DNA of 64,000 nucleotides from an uncultured Actinomycetota bacterium (GTDB lineage Bacteria; Actinomycetota; Actinomycetes; Mycobacteriales; Mycobacteriaceae): NCBI GenBank assembly GCA_963780335.1, contig CAWABJ010000001.1, positions 1,747,152 to 1,811,151 of the forward strand, read 5' to 3'. Shown piece by piece: positions 56,562 to 64,000 of this stretch (position 1 is its first letter; each line of letters starts with the position of its first letter). The notes under the pieces were generated by a model. It saw only the letters and a program-made list of their open reading frames with translations, ran no database searches and was not told where the DNA came from. The position numbers and the translations under genes were made by a program.

Positions 56562-56595
56562 GCTTACTCCTCCTTCGGTGTGCATTGGTTGGCGC

Positions 56596-57540
56596 CTAGG
56601 CCGTCAGCTGGCCGGAGAAGTAATGACCGTTGTCGAGATCGGCAAGCAGGTTCGGTTGAGCGGGTTCCCAGCCGAGGGTCTGGCGCGTGATCAGACTGGA
56701 CGCCGGAAGGTCCAGCGTGACCACAGTGGTGAACACGCCGAAATATCCCGGCAGCATCAGGGCATCGACGGGAACACTCACGGCGGGCAGGCCCAGACGG
56801 CTGGAAATCGCCTCCGCAATCTCGCGGAACGGGGTGCCCTCGTCACCAATCGCGTGCCAATACCTCCCAGCCGGCCCCTTTTCCAACGCCAGGCGGAACA
56901 CCGAGGCGACATCGCGGACATGCACGGCGTTCCACGAATTCATGCCGTCTCCGGGGTAACCGGCGAAGCCCTTCTCCTTCGCGAGCGCGATGAGCCCAGG
57001 GAGGAAGCCGGCGTTATCCGTCGTGCCGTGCGCGATGAGTGGAAGCCGCACGATCGAAGATCGCACTCCGCGCTCGGCGAGGTCGACGACGGCGCGTTCG
57101 ACGACGTTGCGAGCCCGCAGGGTGCCCTTGTCCTCCGCCCTGCTGGGGAGCGCCGGGTCCTCCTCGGTGGCCGGTCGGCCCAGGATGCCAGGCGAGCCGA
57201 TGCTGCCCGCTGCGACCAGCGGTTTTCCGGTACCTTCCAGTGCCTCGCCGTAGGCAAGCATGATCGCCAGCTCCGCGGCGGCCACGGCGTCCATTCCGCC
57301 GGTGGGAAGCAGGTCTTGTCTGTGCGCGACGTGGATGACGCCGTCGGAGTCCGCGGCCGCCTCTTTGAGCCCGTCGAGATCTTCGAGGTCGCCGCGACGC
57401 ACCTTCGCGCCTTGCATGGACAGGGCCTCTGCGGATGCGTCCGACCGGGCCAGACCAGTGACGTCGTGCCCGGCCGTGATGAGTTCGGGGATGATGTGGG
57501 AACCGGCATGGCCGGTTCCACCAGTAACGAAAACGCGCAC
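56596..57540 (-). CDS. SDR/NAD-dependent epimerase-type oxidoreductase
   Basis: VFVTGGTGHAG, DVTGLARS, WNAVHVRDVA; GAGGAG SD before GTG 57540. Confidence 0.88.
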   Translation of the reverse strand: MRVFVTGGTGHAGSHIIPELITAGHDVTGLARSDASAEALSMQGAKVRRGDLEDLDGLKEAAADSDGVIHVAHRQDLLPTGGMDAVAAAELAIMLAYGEALEGTGKPLVAAGSIGSPGILGRPATEEDPALPSRAEDKGTLRARNVVERAVVDLAERGVRSSIVRLPLIAHGTTDNAGFLPGLIALAKEKGFAGYPGDGMNSWNAVHVRDVASVFRLALEKGPAGRYWHAIGDEGTPFREIAEAISSRLGLPAVSVPVDALMLPGYFGVFTTVVTLDLPASSLITRQTLGWEPAQPNLLADLDNGHYFSGQLTA

Positions 57541-57734
57541 GTTGGTCTCCTCTTTCATGGTGTGGTTGCGGGATGCGATCAGCTGGACACGTGGACCCCG
57601 GGGAAAGGTTTGCGTACTTGGGATGGCGTTTGTTGCCGCCGGCGAGTGCCCGGCCGGCCAACGCGCGAGCCATGCCCGGTGCCGGTGATGCTGATACCGA
57701 TCATGAAGCATCCCGTCTTCGTTACGATTGAAAG

Positions 57735-57775
57735 GTTGATGCATCTACCTTATCCCCTTTTGTAGACTAGTCAAC
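57735..57775. promoter_or_regulatory. Pair of candidate MarR operators GTWGA-N4-TCWAC
   Basis: GTTGATGCATCTAC (57735-57748) and GTAGACTAGTCAAC (57762-57775) between the divergent SDR and MarR genes. Confidence 0.6.
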
Positions 57776-57796
57776 CAACTGACGAAGAGGGCGACG

Positions 57797-58279
57797 ATGG
57801 AACCGAACTGGCTGAACGCGCGAGAAGATCGCGCCTGGCGTGCCTTCGTGTACGCGCACCACCGGCTCGAGGTCCACCTCACCCGACGCTTGCAGGAATC
57901 GGGCCTTTCCGGGGCCGACTACGAGGTCCTGGCGGTGCTCTCGGCCCTTGATGGGGACCGCATGCCTGCCCGTGACCTCGGAAACACTCTGGACTGGGAG
58001 AAAAGCCGTGTTTCCCACCAGGTGCGGCGGATGCAAGCGGACGGGCTCATCTGCCGCGAACCCAATCCCGGCGATGCTCGCAGCACCATGGTATGCCTGC
58101 TGCCGGCCGGCCGCGCTGCCATCGAGAAGGCGGCGCCCGGGCATGTGGAGGACGTGCGCCGCAACTTCGTCGACCTGATGACCCCGGCTGAACTCGACAT
58201 GCTGACCGCCCTCAACGAGCGAATCCTGCACCACCTGGCCAGGGACGATGACCCTTCTTCCAAGGATGATCCTTCGTAA
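57797..58279 (+). CDS. MarR-family regulator
   Basis: LSGADYEVL, WEKSRVSHQVRRM...DARSTMVCL. Confidence 0.9.
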   Translation: MEPNWLNAREDRAWRAFVYAHHRLEVHLTRRLQESGLSGADYEVLAVLSALDGDRMPARDLGNTLDWEKSRVSHQVRRMQADGLICREPNPGDARSTMVCLLPAGRAAIEKAAPGHVEDVRRNFVDLMTPAELDMLTALNERILHHLARDDDPSSKDDPS

Positions 58280-58599
58280 GCTTCGCTGGCCACCGCTCTT
58301 TCGGTCAGCTCACTGGAATCGGCGGAGCGGGATGCTGCGGCACTAACCGCGCGCTACGGCCGGGACGTTTGCCGCCTGAGCCGGCCAATGCCTCACGTCG
58401 GCAGGACGGCCAGCCAGATGTGGGCCAGCGTCGCGGCGACGTTGTGTTCCATTCGGTAACAGACTCTCCCAATCAATTTCCACCAAGAGGCGCACCACGG
58501 CCTCCAAGAGATCCGAGACGTCCGGGGCGTCGAGAATCCTGTCGAGCAGCAGGTCCCGGCAAGCGCCGGCCCGCCAGCGCACGTGCACGAGCGTCAGGC

Positions 58600-58790
58600 G
58601 GAGGGCTTCTAGGTCATCTCCGGCGAGCTCCAACTGACGGTCGGCATCGACGAACGGGTCGTGCGGGCCGAACCCGGATCGGCGGTGTGGGTACCGAGGT
58701 CCACCAGACACTCGTTCCGAGCCGTCGCCGACGTGGACGCCCGTCTGCTGAACTTCTACGCCCCAGGCGGTTTCGACGATCCCTTGCAAT
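58600..58790 (+). pseudogene. Cupin-domain remnant
   Basis: EGF*VISGELQLTVG...PGSAVWVPRSTRHSFRAV...LLNFYAPGGFD; boundaries approximate. Confidence 0.6.
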
Positions 58791-59011
58791 GGCTCGCCGA
58801 CGTCGCCGTGATCGGTCATCTCAGCGCGTCGTCTGCAACGCTTTTCGGCATCGCGGTCGCCCTGAGCACGACAGTGCGGCATTGCAGTCGCATTAAGAGT
58901 CCGCCTCATTTTCCCGTTCTTCTGCGTGACCACACCAATGCCCCTACCGTTCGGCGTTAAGCGATCCGTTAAGTGGCTCTTAACGAAGAGAGGCAAGTGC
59001 TTTCTGAACCC

Positions 59012-59641
59012 ATGGCGGCCGTACCCACGACCGAAGGTGCTACCCGCGCCGTGCTCGGCACTCGGTTGCGCGACGCCCGTGAGCGCGCGCGGCTGTCGAC
59101 CCGTGACTTGGCGGCCCGGGCGGGCGTGAGCGCGGGCTTCATCAGCCAGCTGGAGAACGGCAAGTGCGGAGTGTCCGTCAGCGTACTGAAACGCCTCGCC
59201 GCCGCAGCGGGCATCTCGCTCGCCGACCTGCTCTCCGACGAAGCTCCCGTCGCGCGCCCGGTGCTGCGGGCACACGAAAGGCCGGTCTTCTCCAGCGACC
59301 GCGGCCTGCAGAAGCTCTTGCTCTCACGGCCACCGATCCGCCAGTTGGAGGTCTATGAAGGCACATTCGAGGTGGGCGGGTCGACCGGCCCGGATCCGTA
59401 CGCCCATGACGATGCACAGGAGCTCTTCTACGTGCTGACCGGCCACGTGGAGATCTCGATCGGCTCCCAGACGCTCATCCTCGGCCCTCGTGACAGCGTC
59501 GAGTATCTCTCGTCGGTTCCGCACCGAGCCGCGAACATCGGCGCCATACCGGCCCAGGTCATGTGGATCTCGTCGCACTTCACCCCGCCGATCGACGCCA
59601 ACCCGCTGGAAGCGCCGTCCGTTCACCACATCGAGGAATGA
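59012..59641 (+). CDS. XRE HTH + cupin regulator (PuuR-like)
   Basis: LGTRLRDARER..LSTRDLA...FISQLENG; ELFYVLTGHV...LGPRDSVEYLSSVPH. Confidence 0.88.
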   Translation: MAAVPTTEGATRAVLGTRLRDARERARLSTRDLAARAGVSAGFISQLENGKCGVSVSVLKRLAAAAGISLADLLSDEAPVARPVLRAHERPVFSSDRGLQKLLLSRPPIRQLEVYEGTFEVGGSTGPDPYAHDDAQELFYVLTGHVEISIGSQTLILGPRDSVEYLSSVPHRAANIGAIPAQVMWISSHFTPPIDANPLEAPSVHHIEE

Positions 59642-59645
59642 CACC

Positions 59646-61307
59646 ATGACCAATCCGCACCGACTGCTGATCACCGGGGGCCACGTGTTCACCCCCGCCG
59701 GAATCGTCGAAGAGCCGCTTCTCGTCGAGGAGGGCGTCATCACCGTGATCGGTGCCGCTGCGCTCACCGCGCCCGGTGCCGTCGAGATCGACGCGGCTGG
59801 CGGCCTCGTCTGCCCCGGTTTTCAGGACTCCCACATCCACCCTTATCACGCAGGTCTCGGCATGATCACCTGCGACTTGACCCCGTACGACACTGCCGAC
59901 GGCTACCTCGCCCGCATCGCCGAGTACGCGGCGGAGAATCCCGAGCTGCCGTGGATTAGTGGTGGTGGTTGGTCGATGGACTCGTTCCCTGGCGGCCTGC
60001 CGACGGCCGCGGCGCTCGACGCGGTGGTAGCGGACCGTCCGGCGTTCTTCCCGAACCGCGACGGTCACGGCGCCTGGGTCAACACCAAGGCCCTCGAGAT
60101 CGGTGGCATCGACGATTCGACGCCCGACCCGTTCGACGGTCGCATCGAACGTGACGCCGACGGTCACGCCATCGGCACGCTGCAGGAAGGGGCCATGGGC
60201 ATCGTCGCCCGGCACATTCCACCGGCAACCCAGGACGATCTGGACGAGGCACTGGAAATCGCTCAGCGACAATTGTTCGAGTGGGGCGTCACCGCATGGC
60301 AAGACGCCATCGTCGGCGCCACTAACGACACCCCCGACACGCTCGACTCATACCTGCGGGTCACCGCATCCGGTGTGCTGAAGGCGCACGTGGTCGGTGC
60401 GCTCTGGTGGGACCGCAATCGCGGGCTGGAGCAGATACCCGAGCTCGTCGAAAAGCGCGAACGCGCCGTGGCAGCCGGATTTGCGGCCACCACCGTCAAG
60501 ATCATGCAGGACGGTGTCGCCGAGAACTTCACGGCCGGGATGCTCGAGCCCTATCTCGACTCGTGCGGCTGCCCCGGCGAGAACACGGGCAAGAGCTTCG
60601 TGGACCCGACGACCCTCATCGAAATCGCCACGCAACTCGACGCACTCGGCTTCCAGCTGCACTTCCACGCTCTCGGCGACCGAGCCGTCCGCGAGTCGCT
60701 CGACGCGATCGAGGCGGCCCGTAACGCCAACGGAGACAAGGACCTTCGACACACGGTGGCCCACATTCAGGTGGTGCACCCGGACGACGTCCCTCGGTTC
60801 GCCGAATTGGGCGTGGTCGCCAACATGCAGCCGCTGTGGGCCAGGCACGAACCCCAGATGGACGTCCTGACGATTCCCTTCCTCGGCACCCGCCGAGCTG
60901 CCTGGCAATATCCCTTCGGATCGCTACAGCGGACCGGTGCACCACTGGCCTCGGGCAGCGATTGGCCGGTGAGCACGGCGAACCCGCTGGAGATCATCCA
61001 CACCACCGTCAACCGTGCCCCCGCCGGAGCGACGGGGCCCGCGGCGTTGCCCTTCCTCGGCGAGCAGGCGCTCTCCCTGGCCGACGCGCTGATCGCGCAC
61101 AGCTTGGGCACCGCCTTCCTCAACCACGACGAGCAGCGTTCCGGCAGCATCGAAGTCGGAAAGGCGGGCGACGTCGTCATCCTCGACCGCGACATCTTCG
61201 CCGCGCCGGTCGCCGAGATTGGCTCGGCCACAGCGCGTTACACGATCATCGGCGGCGAAGTCGTGTACGATGCGACCCCCACTCTGGTACCCGCACGAGC
61301 GCTGTAG
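59646..61307 (+). CDS. Amidohydrolase (YtcJ/NfdA-like)
   Basis: PGFQDSHIH, DGHGAWVNT, QLHFHALGDRA, HTVAHIQ, SGSDWPV, GSIEVGKAGDVVILD. Confidence 0.9.
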   Translation: MTNPHRLLITGGHVFTPAGIVEEPLLVEEGVITVIGAAALTAPGAVEIDAAGGLVCPGFQDSHIHPYHAGLGMITCDLTPYDTADGYLARIAEYAAENPELPWISGGGWSMDSFPGGLPTAAALDAVVADRPAFFPNRDGHGAWVNTKALEIGGIDDSTPDPFDGRIERDADGHAIGTLQEGAMGIVARHIPPATQDDLDEALEIAQRQLFEWGVTAWQDAIVGATNDTPDTLDSYLRVTASGVLKAHVVGALWWDRNRGLEQIPELVEKRERAVAAGFAATTVKIMQDGVAENFTAGMLEPYLDSCGCPGENTGKSFVDPTTLIEIATQLDALGFQLHFHALGDRAVRESLDAIEAARNANGDKDLRHTVAHIQVVHPDDVPRFAELGVVANMQPLWARHEPQMDVLTIPFLGTRRAAWQYPFGSLQRTGAPLASGSDWPVSTANPLEIIHTTVNRAPAGATGPAALPFLGEQALSLADALIAHSLGTAFLNHDEQRSGSIEVGKAGDVVILDRDIFAAPVAEIGSATARYTIIGGEVVYDATPTLVPARAL

Positions 61308-61309
61308 AC

Positions 61310-61414
61310 GTGAAGGCACGAGCCGCCGCACCCACCTCCGTGGCTGGGTCAGTCGAACTCCGCTCGCTCACCAAGAGTTACGCGTCTGCCGTTGCCGTGG
61401 ACGACCTTGACCTC
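61310..61414 (+). pseudogene. N-terminal stub of an ABC transporter ATP-binding subunit (PotA-like)
   Basis: VELRSLTKSYASAVAVDDLDL, then truncated before Walker A. Confidence 0.7.
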
Positions 61415-62284
61415 GGCGATGCGGGCGATGCAGCTCTCGACGACCTCTGGTGCCGAGATGTCCCGTCGTGGTCTCGTGGCTATGTCGAGGACGGCTCCGA
61501 CAGGTGGGGGCTTGGAGGCGGTGTCGGGCCACAACGTCTCCGCAGCGGCGGACAGCAACGTGGTGTCTCCGCTGGCGCTGATCGTGCGATTCGGCGAGAA
61601 GCGGCCCCACAGGGTCAGCAACCGGTTGACCGCGTCAGTCTTCAGGACGAGGTCCCCGGTCAGGGAAGCGCCGTCGGACAGCGTGAATCGCGCGCCGCCG
61701 TCGCTGCTGATGAGTGCGACGTCGGGTTGTCCGGGGCTGCGCATGGCGATGGTGGCGTTGGTGAGGCCGCCGCGGGACACCCGTTTGGCCGGCGCTTCGT
61801 CCAGCATCGGCAGTGTGTTCAGCACGTCGACGGCGTGGCTCGTCACCTCGGGTGCCGACAGCAGCTCGTCACCGATCAGGTCGTCACCGCAGATGTCCCA
61901 CCGGTGCAGGCTGAATTCGCTGCCGGCGTGGGTTCGTAGCTGGGCGGCGGTGAAGGGTCGCCCGAAGAACTCGAAGGATTCATCCGGACCCCGATCGGTC
62001 AGCGCCGTCATAGCCCGAGCGACCTGCTGCGGCAACGTCCTTCGCAGCTCGTCGTCCGGCAGTGCCCGGTAGGGCGCCTCCCGCTGGTCGAAGCCGCGGG
62101 TGGGCCGGTTGGGGTGATCGTCGAGGACGTCCTCGACCAGTTCGGCGGTCTCCTCCAAGGCGGCCGCCAGGTGCGCGGTGACTTCGTGGGCGTTCCACAG
62201 CACGCATGCGGTGGGCGCGTCGGGTCGAGTCGCGTCGAGTGTCGCGATGAAGGCTTCGACCGGGTTGGGGGCGGGATGGGTCAT
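61349..62284 (-). CDS. MDMPI-family (mycothiol-dependent maleylpyruvate isomerase-like) protein with an in-frame amidase N-terminal stub at its end
   Basis: PTACVLWNAHEVTAHL, SEFSLHRWDI; tail RRDISAPEVVESCIARIAEV resembles an amidase start. Confidence 0.7.
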   Translation of the reverse strand: MTHPAPNPVEAFIATLDATRPDAPTACVLWNAHEVTAHLAAALEETAELVEDVLDDHPNRPTRGFDQREAPYRALPDDELRRTLPQQVARAMTALTDRGPDESFEFFGRPFTAAQLRTHAGSEFSLHRWDICGDDLIGDELLSAPEVTSHAVDVLNTLPMLDEAPAKRVSRGGLTNATIAMRSPGQPDVALISSDGGARFTLSDGASLTGDLVLKTDAVNRLLTLWGRFSPNRTISASGDTTLLSAAAETLWPDTASKPPPVGAVLDIATRPRRDISAPEVVESCIARIAEVKVVHGNGRRVTLGERAEFD

Positions 62285-62489
62285 CGTGGTCTCTCCTGAG
62301 TCCGTGGGTTGGCGGTCGCTACGTACATCACCGGTGTGGCGGTCGTTTTCGCGGCGCGTCATGGGTAGGCGGTGGCGAAACCGTCGGTGTGAGGTGGATC
62401 CGATAGCAGCGCGCATCCGTGAACGCGTCACTCGCCGCGCCAGACGATCCCCCGAAGACGTTGGCCTGAGCGCCGATTCGCGCGCGGGG

Positions 62490-62663
62490 CTCAAGGGGGT
62501 CGTGGCCTCTTCCCTCTTTGGTAGACCTCCGGTAGGCACACGGCGCAGGGTCGGTAGCCCGCGGCGATGGCCGTGGATTCGTCGGCGAAGAACAGGGCGC
62601 CCGTGCGCACCGATCAGGGTGTAGCGCCCACCGGCGGGTTCGACTGACGTCGTGGGTCGCCAT
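62490..62663 (-). pseudogene. Ada metal-binding-domain gene remnant
   Basis: YTLIGAHGRP in one frame, then FFADESTAIAAGYRPCAVCLPEVY in another; internal deletion/frameshifts; left boundary approximate. Confidence 0.7.
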
Positions 62664-63403
62664 CAGGCGGCGTCGTGGAAGACCAGCGCCAAAGTGAGGC
62701 GGTGACCGGATCGGATGACCGACACGCCGTGGCGGACCGGGGCTGCCGACCATCCGCGGGTGGATTCCACGGGGCGGTCGCGGGTGGTGAACACCAGGCC
62801 GTGCCCGTGCGGAATGAGGGTGGCGGTGCCCCGGGATTGGGCTCGGGGGCGCTGCTCGTAGAGCAGGAACTCCCCGCCGGTGTGGTCGACGCCGGGATCG
62901 CTGAGGTTGACGACGACTTGCAGCGGAAACACCAGGTCGCCGTACAGGTCGCGGTGCAGGGCGTTCCAGCCTCCCGGACCGTATTTGAGCAGGATCGGGG
63001 TAGGTTTGTCTTGACCGGCGGCATGGCACATCCACAGCCACTCCCCGAGGCTGTCCGGCCACGGGGTCTCGCGACCCAGCTTGATCCACCAGTCGCGGGC
63101 GATCGGCAGCAGCCTGGGATACAGCGCCTCCTTGAGGTCGACGATCGCCTGCGGGAGCGGTTCGGCGAAGTAGCGGTATTCACCCTCCCCGAAGCGGTGC
63201 CGAGCCATGTGCACCGTGGACCGAAACCGGGTGTCGTCGTCGTAGAGGTCGGCGATGGCGGCGGCCTCGGAAGCCGACAGCAGTGCTCCGGTGAGTGCGC
63301 AGCCGGTGGCGTCCAGCTCGGTGCGCACGCCGTCCCAGTCGACGGCCTCGACGCGGGCGCGCCACGGCGCGATCCGGTCGGTGCGGGGGTGTGCGGGGTT
63401 CAT
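62663..63403 (-). CDS. 2OG-Fe(II) oxygenase (alkylation-repair associated)
   Basis: FRSTVHMARHRFGEGEYRYF, NALHRDLYG, EQRPRAQSR, VRHGVSVIRSGHRLTLALVFHDA. Confidence 0.85.
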   Translation of the reverse strand: MNPAHPRTDRIAPWRARVEAVDWDGVRTELDATGCALTGALLSASEAAAIADLYDDDTRFRSTVHMARHRFGEGEYRYFAEPLPQAIVDLKEALYPRLLPIARDWWIKLGRETPWPDSLGEWLWMCHAAGQDKPTPILLKYGPGGWNALHRDLYGDLVFPLQVVVNLSDPGVDHTGGEFLLYEQRPRAQSRGTATLIPHGHGLVFTTRDRPVESTRGWSAAPVRHGVSVIRSGHRLTLALVFHDAA

Positions 63404-63999
63404 GCTGCCGCCTCCAGGGTCAGCAGGGTCCGTTTGGCGTCGGGCCCACCGATGTAGCCGCCCATCGTGCCGTCGCTGCGCACCACGCGGTGGCACGGGA
63501 CCACGACGGGAAGGGGGTTGGTGGCGCACGCGGTGCCCACCGCGCGCACGGCCCTGGGGTTTCCGGCGCGCTGGGCCACCGCGGAGTAGCTGGCGGTGTG
63601 CCCGTAGCCGATGTCGCGCAGGTGGTGCAGCACCGTGCTGCGGAACCCCGCCGACAGCCGCCAGTCCAGCGGTGCGTCGAAGACGTGCCGCGCACCGGCG
63701 AAGTACTCGTCGAGTTGGCGGGCGATGGCGTCGAGCCTCCCGGCGGATTCCAGAATGCGGGGGCTGATCTTGTCGGCCAGCGCCTGCAACACCGCGTCAT
63801 GACCCTCGCTGGCGTAGGCGACGCGGACCAGGCCGTGCTCGGTCGCGGCGAGCAGCAGCGACCCTACCGGGGTGTCGAGGACGCGGTAGGCGACGTCGAG
63901 GATGCCGTCGCGCTCTGCCGCGGCGGCCAAGCGGGCGTGCAGCGCGGCCATCGCGTCGGAAGTGGGCTCGGTGATCCGGGCCAAGTCGCGAACGAGGTC
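63400..63999 (-). CDS. ogt: Methylated-DNA-protein-cysteine methyltransferase (5' end outside the window)
   Basis: NPRAVRAVGTACATNPLPVVVPCHRV; the frame stays open to the window edge. Confidence 0.92.
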   Translation of the reverse strand, partial: DLVRDLARITEPTSDAMAALHARLAAAAERDGILDVAYRVLDTPVGSLLLAATEHGLVRVAYASEGHDAVLQALADKISPRILESAGRLDAIARQLDEYFAGARHVFDAPLDWRLSAGFRSTVLHHLRDIGYGHTASYSAVAQRAGNPRAVRAVGTACATNPLPVVVPCHRVVRSDGTMGGYIGGPDAKRTLLTLEAAA

Positions 64000-64000
64000 T

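Noticed and set aside
58243-58279. Short GATGA(C/T)CCTTC duplication at the MarR 3' end
   Set aside because: Two-copy micro-duplication encoding DDPS twice; no evident significance.

Overview
High-GC actinobacterial DNA, most likely Mycobacteriaceae (MmpS/MmpL pair, Rv1987-like CBM2 remnant, mycothiol-dependent MDMPI-type gene). The left ~40 kb is an accessory island. It holds (i) decayed copies of a three-gene tyrosine-recombinase element and a dead IS3 element; (ii) a nearly complete extracellular contractile injection system (eCIS, Afp/PVC-like; ~4.5-30.4 kb) with two DUF4157 effectors, one carrying a Zn-deaminase motif set, and two single-base frameshifts in baseplate genes; (iii) an intact copy of the recombinase module; and (iv) a cassette between IS21 and IS630 scars. 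That cassette contains a Pro-rich small protein + Gnt1/GT60-like GlcNAc transferase + prolyl-4-hydroxylase operon, and an emfourin + protealysin operon with a duplicated C-terminal domain. The right ~24 kb is mostly ordinary metabolic/regulatory genes (MDR, TetR, GMC, hydrolases, ECF41 sigma, MmpSL, GH63, SDR/MarR, amidohydrolase, alkylation repair) with several deletion scars. No rRNA, tRNA or CRISPR array was recognised. All family assignments come from motif recognition by eye; no database searches were run.
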